Below are positions 1 to 13,186 of a stretch of DNA of 64,000 nucleotides, piece after piece. The position numbers and the translations under genes are program-made. The notes beneath the pieces are model-generated. The model saw only the letters and a list, made by a program, of their open reading frames with translations. It made no database searches and was not told the origin of the DNA. Position 1 is the first letter of the stretch. Each line of letters opens with the position of its first letter. Source of the stretch: Heptranchias perlo (Eukaryota); assembly GCF_035084215.1 (NCBI RefSeq), contig NC_090359.1, forward strand, positions 15,562,001 through 15,626,000, written 5' to 3'.

Positions 1-128
1 GTCGGTAATTTTTCTTTCAACAGTGGTTCGTGGAAAGTGAAACAAACTGTCATCAAATGAACAGTTCAAACAGATTCACTGAAAAGTGAAGCATCTGTGG
101 TGAATATACGGCAAATATCTGCTTGAAT

Positions 129-199
129 TCCTCGTCAGCATGTGGTGAGTATCCCCGCCTGTCACGCGGGACACCGGGGTTCAATTCCCCGACGAGGAG
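129..199 (+). tRNA. tRNA-Asp(GTC)-like, probably pseudogene
   Basis: TCCTCGTCAGCATGTGGTGAGTATCCCCGCCTGTCACGCGGGACACCGGGGTTCAATTCCCCGACGAGGAG matches the vertebrate tRNA-Asp, with a 1-nt loss in the A-box/D-arm. Confidence 0.8.
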
Positions 200-1209
200 G
201 TTATTGCTGCTTTCGAAGCTTCACTTTCATTTATCTGCAATATTGGATGTTGAAAATACAATGAAAAACTGACTCGGCCTTTCCCACTTCCACAAATTGA
301 TTTCACAGCGATTTTAAATATCTGCTCTCTGCCTCACGCTTCAGCTCGATGTGAGAACCACAATAATGGGCAAGAAATAAAACGCAGAATCGCGCTGTCA
401 CCAGCCCGAAACAGAGAGAGACAGGTCTCGGAACAGGCGCAGACATGAAAGATCTCACATACAGCAATGAAAAGGATGCATGTTTCAGTGAATCTATTTT
501 AACTACTTCTTTGATGACAATTTGATTAACTTTCCACATGCCACTGTTGTCAGAAGACTTACTTTCTATCTCTTTGTTAGTCAAGGTCCAGAGAAAAATT
601 ATTTGGGGAGCAGGTTAAAAGTGATAGATAGAAAGAAAGAGAGAGACACTCAGAAACGCATATAACAAGTGAGACAGACATAGTCATATTCACACATACA
701 CAAACACACACATTCCTAGCTACATAAACACACCAATAACCTGAAAGTAACACAGGACTACTTGACAAACAGTGGAAGCAGCATGCTGTTGAGAGAGCTT
801 AGCGATCCCACAAACAACGGATCAGATCAAAGCTCTACAGTCCTGCCACACCCATTTGTGAATGATGGTGGATAATTAAACAACTAACGGGAAGAGGCTC
901 TATGAACATCCCCATCCTCAATGATGGTAAAGCCCAGCACGTGAGTGCAAAGTTTTAGAAACAGTCTTCAGCCAGAAGTGCCGAGTGGATGATCCATCTC
1001 GGCCTCCTCCCGAAATCCCCACCATCACAGAAACCAGTCGAACATCGAGGTGAAGAGTGAAGCTGAGAGCAGATTTTAAAACCGCTGGAATATCAGTGAA
1101 ATTAAATTGGGGAAAGTGGGACACTCCGAATCAGTTTGACACTGTCCATTCCGCATCCAATATTGGAAATGAATGAGAGAAAAGCTTCGAAAGGCGGCGG
1201 AAGTTTAAT

Positions 1210-1281
1210 CCCCCCGTCGGGAAATTGAACCCCGGTCTCTCGCGTGACAGGCGGGGATACTCACCACTATACCAACGAAGA
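1210..1281 (-). tRNA. tRNA-Asp(GTC)-like
   Basis: Reverse complement is a full-length Asp body with anticodon GTC and a few stem mismatches. Confidence 0.8.
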
Positions 1282-1483
1282 ACTGCTGCACCCACCGTGC
1301 ACTCATCCCAGATGGTGTTAGACATGCTTCATGTGTCAGTGCATTTCTTTTAACTATTTATTTGATGACAGTTTGTTTCATTTTCCACGGGCCACTCTTG
1401 AAAGAACCTTTTACATTTCCATCTCTTTGTTGGACAACGAAAACTGACTCTGTCTTTCTTTCGTTCTTTCTTTCTCTCTTCTC

Positions 1484-1532
1484 GTGGTGAGTTGCCCCGC
1501 CTCAGTCCGGGGTTTAATTCCCCGACGGGGAG
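1484..1532 (+). pseudogene. truncated tRNA-Asp remnant (copies at 16737-16785 + and 63576-63624 -)
   Basis: GTGGTGAG..CCCCGCC..CCGGGGTTTAATTCCCCGACGGGGAG with the anticodon arm deleted. Confidence 0.7.
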
Positions 1533-1796
1533 GAAGCATTTATCAGACGCCAACTTTTAATTTTATGTCTTCGCCGAGCTTCTTCCTAAAAAAAAACTAC
1601 AGAGAAAAAAAACAGGTGATTGTCACTTTCAGAATATTAATGTACGGAGACTATTTGAGGACTGGATGCAGAGCAATTGTGATTTTGACTTACTCGTGGT
1701 TCAGGTGACAGATTAAAATCTCCGAGTCAGTTTTACACTGCATTTTCCACATCCAATATTGCAGATAAAAACTTTGACAGGCTTCGAAAATTTAAC

Positions 1797-1861
1797 CTCT
1801 TCGTCGGGGAATTGAACCCCGGCGTGACAGGGGAGGATACTCACCACGATACCAACGAGGA
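1797..1861 (-). pseudogene. tRNA-Asp pseudogene
   Basis: Asp body with an internal deletion. Confidence 0.7.
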
Positions 1862-2767
1862 ATTACTGCATTGATTCTACACTCACCCCAGATGGTGTTA
1901 AAAATGTGTCAGTGAATTTCTTCAACGATTTATTTGATGACAGTTTGTTTAATTTTCCACGGGCCACTGTTGAGAGAACATTTTACATTTCCTTCTCTTT
2001 GTTAGACAACGAACAACTGACTCTGTCTTTCTTTCGTTCTTTCTCTCTCTTATCGTGGTGAGCATTTATAAGACGCCAACTTTTAATTTTATGTCTTCGC
2101 CGAGCTTCTTCCTAAAAAAAACTACAGAGAAAAATAAACAGCTGATTGTCGCTTTCAGAATATTATTGAACAGAGACTGTTTGGAGACTGGATGCAGAGC
2201 GATTGTGATTTTAACTGACTCGTGGTTAAGGTGACAGATTAAAATTTCATTCATTTCCCTCGCACAGGTTCGAATCTGAGAGACTTCAGATCCCGTCATT
2301 TATCAACGTGTTCATCTCTGCGTTTCAAAATTCAACAAGTTTCTTGTGGAATTAATAATTCTGAAGTGAATTAAAATTCCACGGCATTGAACACCTCGAG
2401 TTTTATGCTCATTGATCTGTGAGATTTCACGAAATCTACCACAGAAATGGAACAAAAATCAGCCAAATTATCCATGTTCTGTCTCTCCATATTTCTGAGT
2501 CACTCCATGTGTATGCGTGTCTGTGTCCATCTGTCTGTGTATGTGCCTCATATTTTCTATGTTTTCTTGAGTCGGTCTTTCTCTGTCTCACTCTGTCCCG
2601 CGCTCCCCACATCATGATCCAACATGAGACGGAAAAGTGGTCAGTAAATCTTCTTTCAACAGTGGTCCGTGGAAAGTTAAACAAACTGTCATCAAAAGAA
2701 TAGTTCAAACAGATTTACTGAAACGTGAAGCATCTGTGGTGAACGGACATCCCCTTCCGGCACCAGT

Positions 2768-2838
2768 TCCTCGTTAGTATCATGGTGAGTATCAGTGTCT
2801 GTCACCCTGGAGACTGGGGTCAATTCCCCGACGGGAAG
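2768..2838 (+). pseudogene. tRNA-Asp pseudogene
   Basis: TCCTCGTTAGTATCATGGTGAGTATC...CTGTCAC...CAATTCCCCGACGGGAAG, degenerate. Confidence 0.7.
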
Positions 2839-3289
2839 GTCTGCCTTCAGAAGCTTCACTTTCATTTATCAGCAATATTGGATGAAGAAAATACGGTGAA
2901 AAACTGACTCGGACTTTTTCACTTTCTCCGATTTAATTTCACTGATCTCCGAGCAGATTTTAAAATCCTCACCTCGATGCCAGAACCACAATAATGAGGA
3001 AGAAATAAAACGCAGAATCGCGCTGTGAACAGACCCGGGCGAATTCACCAGCCCGAAACAGAGAGAGACAGAAAACTGCTCATTATTCCAGGATTATCCA
3101 GGAATCCAAAGATACCCCCGGTATCTCTTCTCGACCACAAACCGACTTCTTGCACCCCCTGCCTCCTCCACCCTCACCACAAAAATTGCGAGGAGCTCCT
3201 GGACTATTTTGTCACAAAGATTGAGACCATCCGTTCAGCTGCCGCTCCAGTGGAAAACTCTCCAGTGGCTGGAGTCAGACGGAGCACAA

Positions 3290-4340
3290 AAGAAGATGGT
3301 AGTGGGTGTTGGAGGCCAATCATCTCAGCCCCAGGACATTGCTGCAGGAGTTCCTCAGGGCAGTGTCTTTGGCCCAACCATCTTCAGCTGTTTCATCAAT
3401 GACCTTTCCCCCATCATAAGGTCAGAAATGGGGATGTTTGCTGATGATTGCGCAGTGTTCAGTTCCATTCGCAAACCCACAGAAAAGAAGCAGTCCGTGC
3501 CCACATGCAGCAAGACCTGGACAATATCCAGGCTTGGGCTCATAAGTAGCAAGGAACATTCATGCCAGACAATTGCCAGGCAATGACAATCTCCAACAAG
3601 AGAGAGTCTGACCACCTCCCCTTGACATTCAACGGCACTACCATCGCCGAATCCCCCACCATCAACATCCTGGGTGTCACCATTGACCAGAAACTTAACT
3701 GGACCAGCCATATAAATACTGTGGCCACACGAGTAGGCCAGAAGCTGGGTATTCTGTGGTGAGTGACCCACCTCCGGACTCCCCAAAGCCTTTCCACCAT
3801 CGACAAGGCACAAGTCAGGAGCGTGATGAAATACTCTCCACTTGCCTGGATGAGTGCAGCTCCAACAACACTCAAGAAGCTCGACACCATCCAGGACAAA
3901 GTAGCCCACTTGATTGGCACCCCATCCACCACCCTAAACATTCACTCCCTTCACCACCGGCGCACTGTGGCTGCAGAGTGTACCATCCACAGGATGCACT
4001 GCAGCAACTCGCCAAGGCTTCTTCGACAGCACCTCCCAAACCCACGACCTCTAACATATAGAAGGACAAGGGCAGCAGGCACATGGGAACAACACCACCT
4101 GCACGTTCCCCTCCAAGTCACACACCATCCGAACTTGGAAATATATCACCGTTCCTTCATCGTCGCTGGGTCAAAATCCTGGAACTCCCTACCTAACAGC
4201 ACTGTGGGAGAATCTTCACCACATGGACTGCAACGGTTCAAGAAGGCGGCTCACCACCACCTTCTCAAGGGCAATTAGGGATGGGCAATAAATGGTGGCC
4301 TCGCCAGCGACGCCCACATCCCATGAACGATTAAAAAAAG
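3290..4340 (+). mobile_element. CR1/L2-group LINE 3' fragment (RT C-terminus and 3' tail)
   Basis: Encodes GVPQGSVFGP and FADD RT motifs. Ends ...CACATCCCATGAACGATTAAAAAAA. Frameshifted. Confidence 0.85.
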
Positions 4341-4347
4341 GCAATAA

Positions 4348-4429
4348 TGGCGCGGCTGGGATACAAAACCATGCTGGCAAAGCTCAATGGATTAGCAGTC
4401 CATCACCTCAACCACTCAGCCACCTGGTC
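4348..4429 (-). pseudogene. tRNA-Ser(GCT) pseudogene
   Basis: Reverse complement GACCAGGTGGCTGAGTGGTTGAGGTGATGGACTGCTAATCCATTG...; the T-loop is degraded. Confidence 0.8.
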
Positions 4430-4559
4430 GCAAGAACAGTGCAAAGAAAGCCCTTTTATTTGATTCTTTCAAGGCAAAAATCTTGGACTCAAAGGTCAGA
4501 GTCGGAAAGCCGCTTTTCAATCACCAGTTCCGAGATTCTGGACAACACCCTTGTGAAGC

Positions 4560-4617
4560 GGTAGCGTGGCCGAGCGGTCCAAGGCGCTGGATTTAGGCTC
4601 CAGTCTCTGCGCTGCCA
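4560..4617 (+). pseudogene. tRNA-Leu(TAG) pseudogene, T-arm deleted
   Basis: GGTAGCGTGGCCGAGCGGTCCAAGGCGCTGGATTTAGGCTCCAGTCTCT..CGCTGCCA. Confidence 0.85.
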
Positions 4618-5939
4618 TAATCTGAGCTGTTGAACATTTTAGCCTCATCACCAAAATCTTTCTTTTCTCAGCAGTGTCATACGTGCCATTAATGTTGTTG
4701 GGGCACAACTGCCACACCTCATGTGCTGCGTCGTGATCGTTTTGTGGTTAACACTCTGCGTTGTGGTCGCAGTAACATCGGAGCGAATCCGAGTCTCCAC
4801 AGAGTTTCATTTACCGATTTTTTCCTTTCCCACATGTGCTGAGAGGATGCAGCAAGAAATCAATCTTCAGAACATGAAAGAAAAATGTTTTGGTGAAACC
4901 TTTCAATTCCGTCAAATCCCACCTCTCTCACATGCCTGTACTTGATGTTCCACAGTTCAAACCCGCCTCTTCTCCCAGCTTTTTCTTCCTTCCACAGTCA
5001 ATAGGCCGCCTTTACTTTCCTCCTTCCATTTCATGGACACTTTCCTGCGGCATTGCCGACTCTAACATTCACTTTCACGATCTCACTCCTTTAAGTTTGT
5101 TCTGCTCCGACCGCTGTTTCTATTGGGCACATGTCCCATTCGCACCAATGTTCATTTGTGCCTTGAAACCAGTCGATACATTTCGATCCGCGTGACCGCT
5201 CGACAGACAAACACGACGAAAGCAGGGCTGGTCTCTGGAAAGACAGCCGCCCGATTGTTCAAGAAATTTACTTGGGGAATCTTGTGATCCAGGGGATGGT
5301 AACTGAAGAACTGGTTTTTGTTTTGATGCTTGTTGGCTCTTTTCTCTCAGCAGTTGAGTTGCGTGAGCGACGGGCAGCGCGACAGAGCTGCGAATGGCGG
5401 TTGAAGGGTTCACGTTTGGCAAGTTGGGGCGGTGCAGTAAGATCGGAAGTGTTCCGCCTTGATCTTAATAGTTCTGTTGAAACATGCGATTGAATCGAGT
5501 ATAGGATAAATGTAAAGAGCGCCTGTGGGGAAAAAGGAGCGATTACAGGCCATGAGCGGAAGGTCTTTCAAATTCTCGTGGCGCAGGACGCTCTGTGCGG
5601 AAACGGCAGATTTTAAAGCGCGTGTGTCGGAAAGTAAAGTGCGATCTTGTGTGTGAGAAGAGCACAAGAAAGTTGTGTTTGAAGCTGCGCCCTTGAGGCA
5701 AGTTGCATGTTGTCAGGAAAACTGCTCCAGTGAAAGCTCAAAAATAAACCCAGAAACCGCTGGCAACACTCAGCAGGTCAGGCAGTATCTGTGGGGAGAT
5801 ACTCGCTTCACCGGGGGCGTCATTGTGCACTTTGATTAATCGTAAAGACCTGTACAAGATGGACGGGTTGCACCTCATCGGTTCTGGGACCAATGTCCTC
5901 GCAGGGATTTTACTCTTGACTTATCAGCGAGCGATATCG

Positions 5940-6430
5940 GCCTTTACTGGGCCTCAGCTATTCACAATCTACATCAGTGTAAAGTATCCAAGATATCTGA
6001 CCATACAAAGCCACGTGGGAAAGTGAGCTGTGAGGAGGACACAAAGTGTCTGCAAAGGGATATAGACAGGTTACGTGAGTGGGCTAGAAGGTGGAAGATG
6101 GAGTATAATGTGGGGAAATGTGAGGTTATTCACTTTGGTCGGAATAATAGAAAAACAGAATATTTTTAAATGGTGAGCAACTATTAAACATTCGTGTTCA
6201 GAGACTTGGGTGTCCTGGTACAAGAAACACAGAAAGTTAACATGTTGGTACAGAAAGCAATAAGGAATGCAAATGGAATGTTGGTCTTTATTGCAAGGGG
6301 GCTGGAATACAAGAGTAAGGAAGTCTTGTTGCAATTGTACGGGGCTTTGGTGAGACCACACCTGGAGTACTGTGTACAGTTTTGGTCTCCTTATCTAAGC
6401 AACGATATACTTGCCTGAGAGGCGGTGTAA
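5940..6430 (+). mobile_element. CR1 LINE fragment (copies ~20230-20710 + and ~59940-60370 -)
   Basis: Encodes RDLGVLV...[19 protein letters not shown]. Confidence 0.85.
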
Positions 6431-6437
6431 CAAAGCT

Positions 6438-6620
6438 TCACTTGGAAATGAGGGTGATGATGCCTTTCCTCGTGGACTCTGACATGCTGTCTGCCAGAAG
6501 CATATCCCCGTACACTTCCAGTCGGTCTGGGTCTATCCAGTCCCACAGAGCCAACGGCAGTTTCATGCCCGAGCACCAGTTCCAAATCTGCCCCGGTGAC
6601 GAGGAGGTGTCGACATATGT
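6438..6620 (-). mobile_element. old Tx1/L1-type RT fragment (copies ~20720-20900 and ~59750-59930)
   Basis: LWDWIDPDRLEVYGDML...RKGIITLISK resembles the pre-RT region of Tx1 ORF2. Confidence 0.6.
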
Positions 6621-7142
6621 CTTCACCGCCTGGAGGTCATTTGGTAGGCGGACCGCCCGCCGTTTATACAAACCGCGGGAAATTCCCTGCCGTTCAATTC
6701 AACGGGAATCAAAATGGTCTTGGGCCGTAGCACAAAGTGGGTGGTAGCGGATTGGCCTGATGAAAGAGAGAGCTCTGATGAAAGGTCATCGACCTGAAAG
6801 GATGTTTCTCTCTCCACAGATGCTGCCTGACCTGCTGAGTGTTTCCCGCATTTTCTGTTTTTATTATTAATATAACCTGAGCTCTGTCGAGCGTTTGTTG
6901 TTCGATTCACTGATAAAGCTGGGAATTGAGGGGAAGCTGGTTCATGGCGAACCCCAGCTCTGAATCCCCCCGGCAGAGAGTTCAAGGAATGTTTAATATA
7001 AATGAGATTCAACGACAGCAGAAAATCTCTCCTTGATGGTCGGTCTCATTCTCCCGAAGTGAGGAATGAGCGGGAGAGGCAATTCCACCCGGGGTTAGAT
7101 TTTATTACAAGAGGATGACCCAAAATGTCAGTTTAATATGGA

Positions 7143-7216
7143 GCTGAAATTGCTCAGTTGGTAAAGCATTAGACTGAAGATCTTAAAGATCCCTGGTTCG
7201 ATCCGAGGTCATGGCA
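7143..7216 (+). tRNA. tRNA-Phe(GAA)-like, probably pseudogene
   Basis: GCTGAAATTGCTCAGTTGG..TTAGACTGAAGATCT..CCCTGGTTCGATCC..GGCA followed by TTTT. Confidence 0.8.
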
Positions 7217-7719
7217 GTTTTGGGTTATTTTGTTTCTTCTTCTTTGGGCCGATTCTCGAACATTTATTGACACTGACATTTTTACCCGACACTGAACGGT
7301 TGGGGATGGAATAGAGAGACATCAAGGATGTCTGTATTTAGCTTTTATTTCTCTATTTCCTTCTGCCTTTCTCTCTGGTTTTTGTCTCTCTCGGTGCCCG
7401 ATGAACATTTGATTTGATGCATTTGTCCGAAACTGATGCCTTTTCCACATCTCAGGGCGGTCAGACACGCTCTTTCTGTCTGTTACTGCTTGTGACCATT
7501 AACGGGAACAGGCCGCGAGTTAAACATTTATCAGCAAACCGCCAGAGAGATAACACAGCGGGAATAAAACACATTGCCTCACATTGTTAGACACCGAGTG
7601 ACACAGATTGTAATGTGTGTCAGTAAACAGACCCGGAAAACAGAGTCCGAGAAAGGAAAGAAATAGAGAGATAGAAAAGAGTCATAAAAAGAAAGAAAAC
7701 CCTTTCTCCACCCCAACAA

Positions 7720-8150
7720 CAACAACAACTTGCATTTATATCGCGCCTTTAACGGAGTAAAACGTCCCAAGGCGCTTCACAGGAGAGACTATCAAACTAA
7801 ATGTGACACGGAGCCACATAAGGAGATATTGGGCAGGTGAGGTAGATTTTAAGTGTCTTAAGGGAGGAGAGAGAGGTAGAGAGGCGGGGAGGTTTCGGGA
7901 GGGAAATCCAGAGCTTTGGGCCCAGTCGGTTGAAGGCAAGGCCGCCAATGGTGGAGCGATGAAAATCGTGGATGCGCAAGAGACCTGAATTGGAGGAGCT
8001 CAGAGATCTCGGAGGGTTGTAGGGGTGGAGGAGGTTACAGAGATAGGGAGGGGCGAGGTCATGGAGGGAATTGAACACGAGGATGAGAATTTAAAATTTG
8101 AGATGTTGGTGGACTGGGAACCAATGTAGGTCAGTGAGCAGAGGGGTTCT
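7720..8150 (-). mobile_element. L2 LINE 3' end
   Basis: Encodes LAPPYLCNLL...GGLAFNRLGPKLW, with tail ...AAGGCGCGATATAAATGCAAG(TTG)n. Confidence 0.75.
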
Positions 8151-8884
8151 CCTCCTGAACGGTGGTTTGAATGTTTGGGGGGCGGGGCTGTGATAAATAT
8201 CTCGATTTAATATAATGATCCCACTTTTCTACTACCCCGAATTATTACAATGCTGACCTGGAACAATCTAGAACATACCGCAAAACAGGACATTAAGATC
8301 AATGGTCACTTTAGCAAGGAGTTTAAAAGATTCTTCTGAGAAGGAGAAGGCTGAAGAAACGGACTGTGAACATTTCATGACGGCCTATTTATTTGTGTCC
8401 AGGGAGAGGGATGAGACACATGAAATGTTTCACACATTTCAAATCTCCGCGGTCAGATTGCCGATTGTTTATTGATCAGGAAGATGGCTGGTAATAATCT
8501 GAGACCCAGTGAAGAGGTGAGAACAGAGCAGCAGGGAATGATCCCAGAACAATAGGAGCCAGCAGCTCAGCGTCTGGTCCCTGTGTCAGGGACAATACAC
8601 AACACCTCAGCTCCAGACCAGGAACAGAGAGTTGCTGTTAACGTGGCCCAGCCCTCGCAAACTGCTGGAACTGTGGGATGGAAATCAGACTTTGGGTCTC
8701 GGAGGCTGCTTTAGGGGCTCAGTGGCTCTTCGAAAGAATGATTTCTATTAAAGAGCAGGGCTCTGCTCCATCACAGACTGATACTGTACAGTACATGGCA
8801 GAGTAAAGCTCCCTCTGCACTGTGCCATCAAACATTCCGGGGGCAGGTGCATCAAGGGTTAGATCAAGATTAAATCTCCCTCTA

Positions 8885-9850
8885 CACAGTCACAGAGGAT
8901 GTCATTTGTGACTTTGACAAGGGCCGTTTCAGTACTGTGACAGGAGTGGAAACCTGATTGGAGGGATTCAAACATGGTGTTGTGGGAAAGATGGACATGG
9001 ATTTGGGAGGCGACAACACTTTGGAGAGGAAAGGGAGGTGGGAGATGGGGTGGTAGTTTGCAAGGACACAGGGGTCAAGGGTGGGTCTTTTGAGAAGGAG
9101 GGTGATGACGGCAGATTTGATGGGGAGGGGGACAGTACCTGAGGAGAGGAGACCATTAAGAATGTCAGCTAACATGCGGCCAGGAAGGGAGGTTGTGTGG
9201 TCAGCAGATTGTTGGGAATAGGGTCGAGGGAGCAGGAGGTGGGTCTCATGGTCAAGATGAGCTCAGAGAGGGCATGAGGGGAGATAGGAGAGAAACTTGG
9301 TGAGCTCGGGGAAGGGAGGGGAGCGGCAGAGGCAGCTGAATGGATGGTCTCAATCTCAGTGACAAAGAAGTCCGTGAGCTCCTCGCACTTTTTGTTGGAG
9401 GTGAGGGTGGAGGAGTGAGGGGAGTGGGGTTTAAGAAGACGGTTTGTAGTGGAGAAGAGAAGTCGGGAGTTATCTTTACATTCCAGGATGATCCTGGAAT
9501 AGTGAGCAGTTTTGGCAGAGGAGACAGGACCCGATAGTGCTTTATGTGGTCCAGCCAGATCTGGCGATGAATGGCCAAAGCAGTTGTCCACCATAAACTT
9601 TCAAAGCTGTGTCCCTTGGACTTAAGGAAGCAGAAATGAGGGCAGACCCAGGGGGAACGACCAGGTGAGGGAGAGTGATGGCTTTAATGGGTACAAGGGC
9701 GTCAAAGGTGGAGGTGAGGGTGTGATTGAGCAAATCAGTAGCTGCAGAAATGTCGTGGTGAATGGAGGGCCAAAGTCCAGAGAGTTGGGAATTTGAAAGT
9801 GCCGTTGTAAGTGACCTGGGGGAGGGTTTTTTCCAGGGATGAACACAGAA
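8885..9850 (-). mobile_element. L2 LINE fragment
   Basis: Encodes CSLDPIP and LDPCVLANYHPISHLPFLSKVL motifs. Confidence 0.8.
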
Positions 9851-10212
9851 GGAAGTGGGTTAGTCCCACTCCCCGGCTCTTTCCCCACAGCCCTGCAATT
9901 TATTACACGTCAACTATTTATCCAATTCCCTTTTGAAAGTTACGATTGAACCTGCTTCCACCTCCCTTTCAGGCAGTGCATTCCAGATCATAACAACTCG
10001 CTGTGTAAAAAAATCTCTCCAAATCCCCCAATGATTTCTTTCAATTTATCTGAAATCTGTGTCCTCTGGTTATTAACCATTCCATCACTGGAAACAATTT
10101 CTCTTTACACACTCTGTCAAAACCTTTCATAATTGTGAATACCTCCTTTGAATCGTCCGTTAACTTTCCGGTTGTAGTCTCAGTGCCCTTCCTGCTGGTG
10201 TTTTATTTCAGT

Positions 10213-10284
10213 TCCCATGTGGTCTAGCGGTTAGGATTCTTGGTTTTCACCCAGGCGGCACGGCTTCGATTCCCGGTGTGGGAA
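10213..10284 (+). tRNA. tRNA-Glu(TTC)
   Basis: TCCCATGTGGTCTAGCGGTTAGGATTCTTGGTTTTCACCCAGGCGGCACGGCTTCGATTCCCGGTGTGGGAA with a downstream TTTT. T-stem mismatches are present. Confidence 0.85.
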
Positions 10285-10654
10285 TAGTCAACTTTTAGTT
10301 TCAGCCTCCCAATTTGCCTGCAGTCCAGGCTGTGGCTGCTGCTTTCTCTCTCACTTCTGTGTCAGTCCCACAATCACACTGAGAAATGAGGCAAACCACG
10401 GCTCTTCAGGCGACAGTGCACCAAAAACTGAAGGGAAGCAAGCAACAATGTCACGACAGGTTGGGCAGCAGCTCATGGCCAAGTGTTTGACTACAGTCCT
10501 TTTATTATTTACTGCAAAGCCCGAGTCTGAGTGAAACACACACAGAACATTCGGGAAACACTCAGTGAGTCGGGCCCCATCTGCGCAGAGAACGGACCAA
10601 TTAACTGAGAGTCTCAATGAGACGAGGAACGAGACACGGCCCCCTGTGAGAAAC

Positions 10655-11047
10655 AAGGAACTTGCATTTGTATAGCACCTTTCACATCCTCAGGACATCC
10701 CAACGCACTTCTCTCGAAGATCAGTCACTATCGTTTTTAAGAGAAGGTAGCAGACAAGTTGTGTACAGCAAGATCCCACAAACAGTGATGAGATATTGAG
10801 CCGATCTCCTGTTTGTTGGGTGCTGATGGTCGAGGGAAGAATGTTGGCCAGGACACCGGGAGAACTCCCTGCTCTTCACAAATTGCCACGGGATCTTTTA
10901 CACCTCGGAGCAGAAAGAAGGGACCCCCATTAAACACCTCATTCAAAGGACAGCACCTCTCACGATGCAGCTCCCTCTCAGCACGACACAGTCAGTCTGG
11001 ATCATGTGTCCCAGTCCTGGAACGGGAGCTGGAACCCACACCCTTCT
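10655..11047 (-). mobile_element. Deu-domain tRNA-derived SINE (SacSINE1-like)
   Basis: Homologous to the SINE at 31458, with an L2-like tail. Confidence 0.7.
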
Positions 11048-11489
11048 AAACACCATCCTGACTACCTGGTGTTACTCTCACCCCCGGCTAGTCATGAACC
11101 AGACTGTGCCACTCCCAGAGTAACTGATGACCACAGCCTCAGACCTGGGTCCCGGTCTGCACCATAACCGCAGCCTGATACCGCTCATAGAAAGTGGCGT
11201 GGGATTCCTGAGTTCATTCTATGATGTGCATTGGGGGAGGGGGACCAGCTGGATTGATCTTGCATGGAGCCGGTAAGGACTCGATGTGCCAAATGGCCTC
11301 CTTTCATGCTGTGACCTTTCTATGATTCTCTGATTCCATGTGGGTGGAGAGGGTTACAAGGAAGTGATCAGAGATGGCCTTATCCATGATTGACACGATC
11401 AGGAGAAGAGAGACCACATGAGATGGCAAGGTCGAGGGGGTGGCCATGAATATGGGTCGGGGAGTTTCTATGCAGGGAGAGATTAAGGG

Positions 11490-12220
11490 AGGATAAAGTA
11501 TCACATAATAGACTTTTTGGCAAAATTGAAGCCCATGGGATTAAAGGGACAATGGCAGCATGGATACAAAATTGGCTAAGGAGCAGAAAACAGAGAGTAG
11601 TGGTGAACGGTTGTTTTTCAGACTGGAGGCAAGTATACAGTGGTGTCCCCCAGGGCTCGGTATTAGGACCACTGCTCTTTTTGATATATATTAATGACCG
11701 GGACTTGGGAGTACAGGGTATAATTTCAAAGTTTGCAGATGACACGAAACTCAGAAATGTAATAAACAATGTTGAGGATGGTAACAGACTTCAGGAGGAC
11801 ATAGACAGACTGGTGAAATGGGCAGATGAAATTTAATGCAGAGAATTGTGAATTGATACATTTTGGTAGGAAGAATGAGGAGAGGCAATTTAAACGAAAT
11901 GGCACAATTTTAAAGGGAGCGCGGGAATAGAGAGACCTGGGGGTGTAGTTACACAAATCTTGGAAGGTGGCAGGCCAAGTTGAGAAGGCAGTTAAAAAGC
12001 AAATGGGGCCCTTTGCTTTATTAATTGAGGCATTGAATACAAAAGCAAGGAATTGATACAAAACCTTTATAAAACACTGGTGAGGCCTCAGCTGGAGTAT
12101 TGTGTTTAATTCTGGGCACGAAACATGAATAAGGATGTCAAGGCCTTAGAGAGGGTGCAGAGGAGATTTATTAGAATGGTACCAGGGATGAGGGACTTCA
12201 GTTATGTGGAGAGACTGATT
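11490..12220 (+). mobile_element. CR1 LINE RT fragment
   Basis: Encodes RKQRVVVNG...SGVPQGSVLGPLLFLIYIND...KFADDTK. Confidence 0.9.
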
Positions 12221-12424
12221 AAAGTTCCATCTGAACTGCCCCATCAAACACTCCCAGGACAGGGACAGCACGGGTTATATGCAGAATGAAGCTCCCTCCA
12301 CACTGTCAAATCAAACACTCACACGGCAGGTACAACACGGGTTAGATACACAGTAATGCTTCCTCTACTCTGTGCAGTTTATATCTCGCCTCAGATTTCA
12401 GATAAAAGGTTGGTTTCCTGGACA

Positions 12425-13010
12425 CTCTGCTGGTGTCTCTCTGTCTCTCTGCACTCAGTTACACCGCTCTCTACCTCCCTCTGCTGGTGTCTCTCTGTAT
12501 CTCTGTACCCAGTTTCACCGCTCTCTACCTCCCTCTGCTGGTGTCTCTCTGTATCTCTGTACTCAGTTACACCGCTCTCTACCTCCCTCTGCTGGTGTCT
12601 CTCTGTATCTCTGTGCTCAGTTACACCGCTCTCTACCTCCCTCTGCTGGTGTCTCTCTGTATCTCTGTACTCAGTTACACCTCTCTCTACCTCCCTCTGC
12701 TGGTGTCTCTCTGTCTCTCTGCACTCAGTTACACCTCTCTCTACCTCCCTCTGCTGGTGTCTCTCTGTATCTCTGTACCCAGTTTCACCGCTCTCTACCT
12801 CCCTCTGCTGGTGTCTCTCTGTATCTCTGTACTCAGTTACACGGCTCTCTACCTCCCTCTGCAGGTGTCTCTCTGTATCTCTGTACTCAGTTACACCGCT
12901 CTCTACCTCCCTCTGCTGGTGTCTCTCTGTATCTCTGTACTCAGTTGCACCGCTCTCTACCTCCCTCTGCTGGTGTCTCTCTGTATCTCTGTACTCAGTT
13001 GCACCGCTCA
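12425..13010. repeat. 54-bp minisatellite, about 11 copies
   Basis: Unit CTCTGCTGGTGTCTCTCTGTATCTCTGTACTCAGTTACACCGCTCTCTACCTCC. The ORF track shows 18-aa periodicity. Confidence 0.95.
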
Positions 13011-13186
13011 GTCTGTCCCCGCAGCTCCTTCGGGATTTTAATGATTTTGAAATTAAGTCTTTTTCCTCTGTGACTTGTGAAGTTTTGATCAGTGAAATGT
13101 TTGAGAAAGAGATGGAATGAGAGCTTTAAGTGTGGGACAGAAGTTGTTTAACGGAGAAGGCACACGATGCCTTAAATTGAGCAGTG

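Larger units (their letters stand above)
1..6750 (+). repeat. tRNA-cluster segmental unit, direct duplicate of ~14660-21030
   Basis: Approximate matches: 1-1700 to 15240-16950, 2060-2750 to 14660-15350, and 3070-6750 to 17355-21030. The ORF-track translations are near-identical. Confidence 0.9.

Noticed and set aside
12356-13120. Three overlapping 200-254 aa ORFs, or a CRISPR-like array
   Set aside because: This is a stop-free 54-bp tandem repeat with no unique spacers, in a eukaryotic context.
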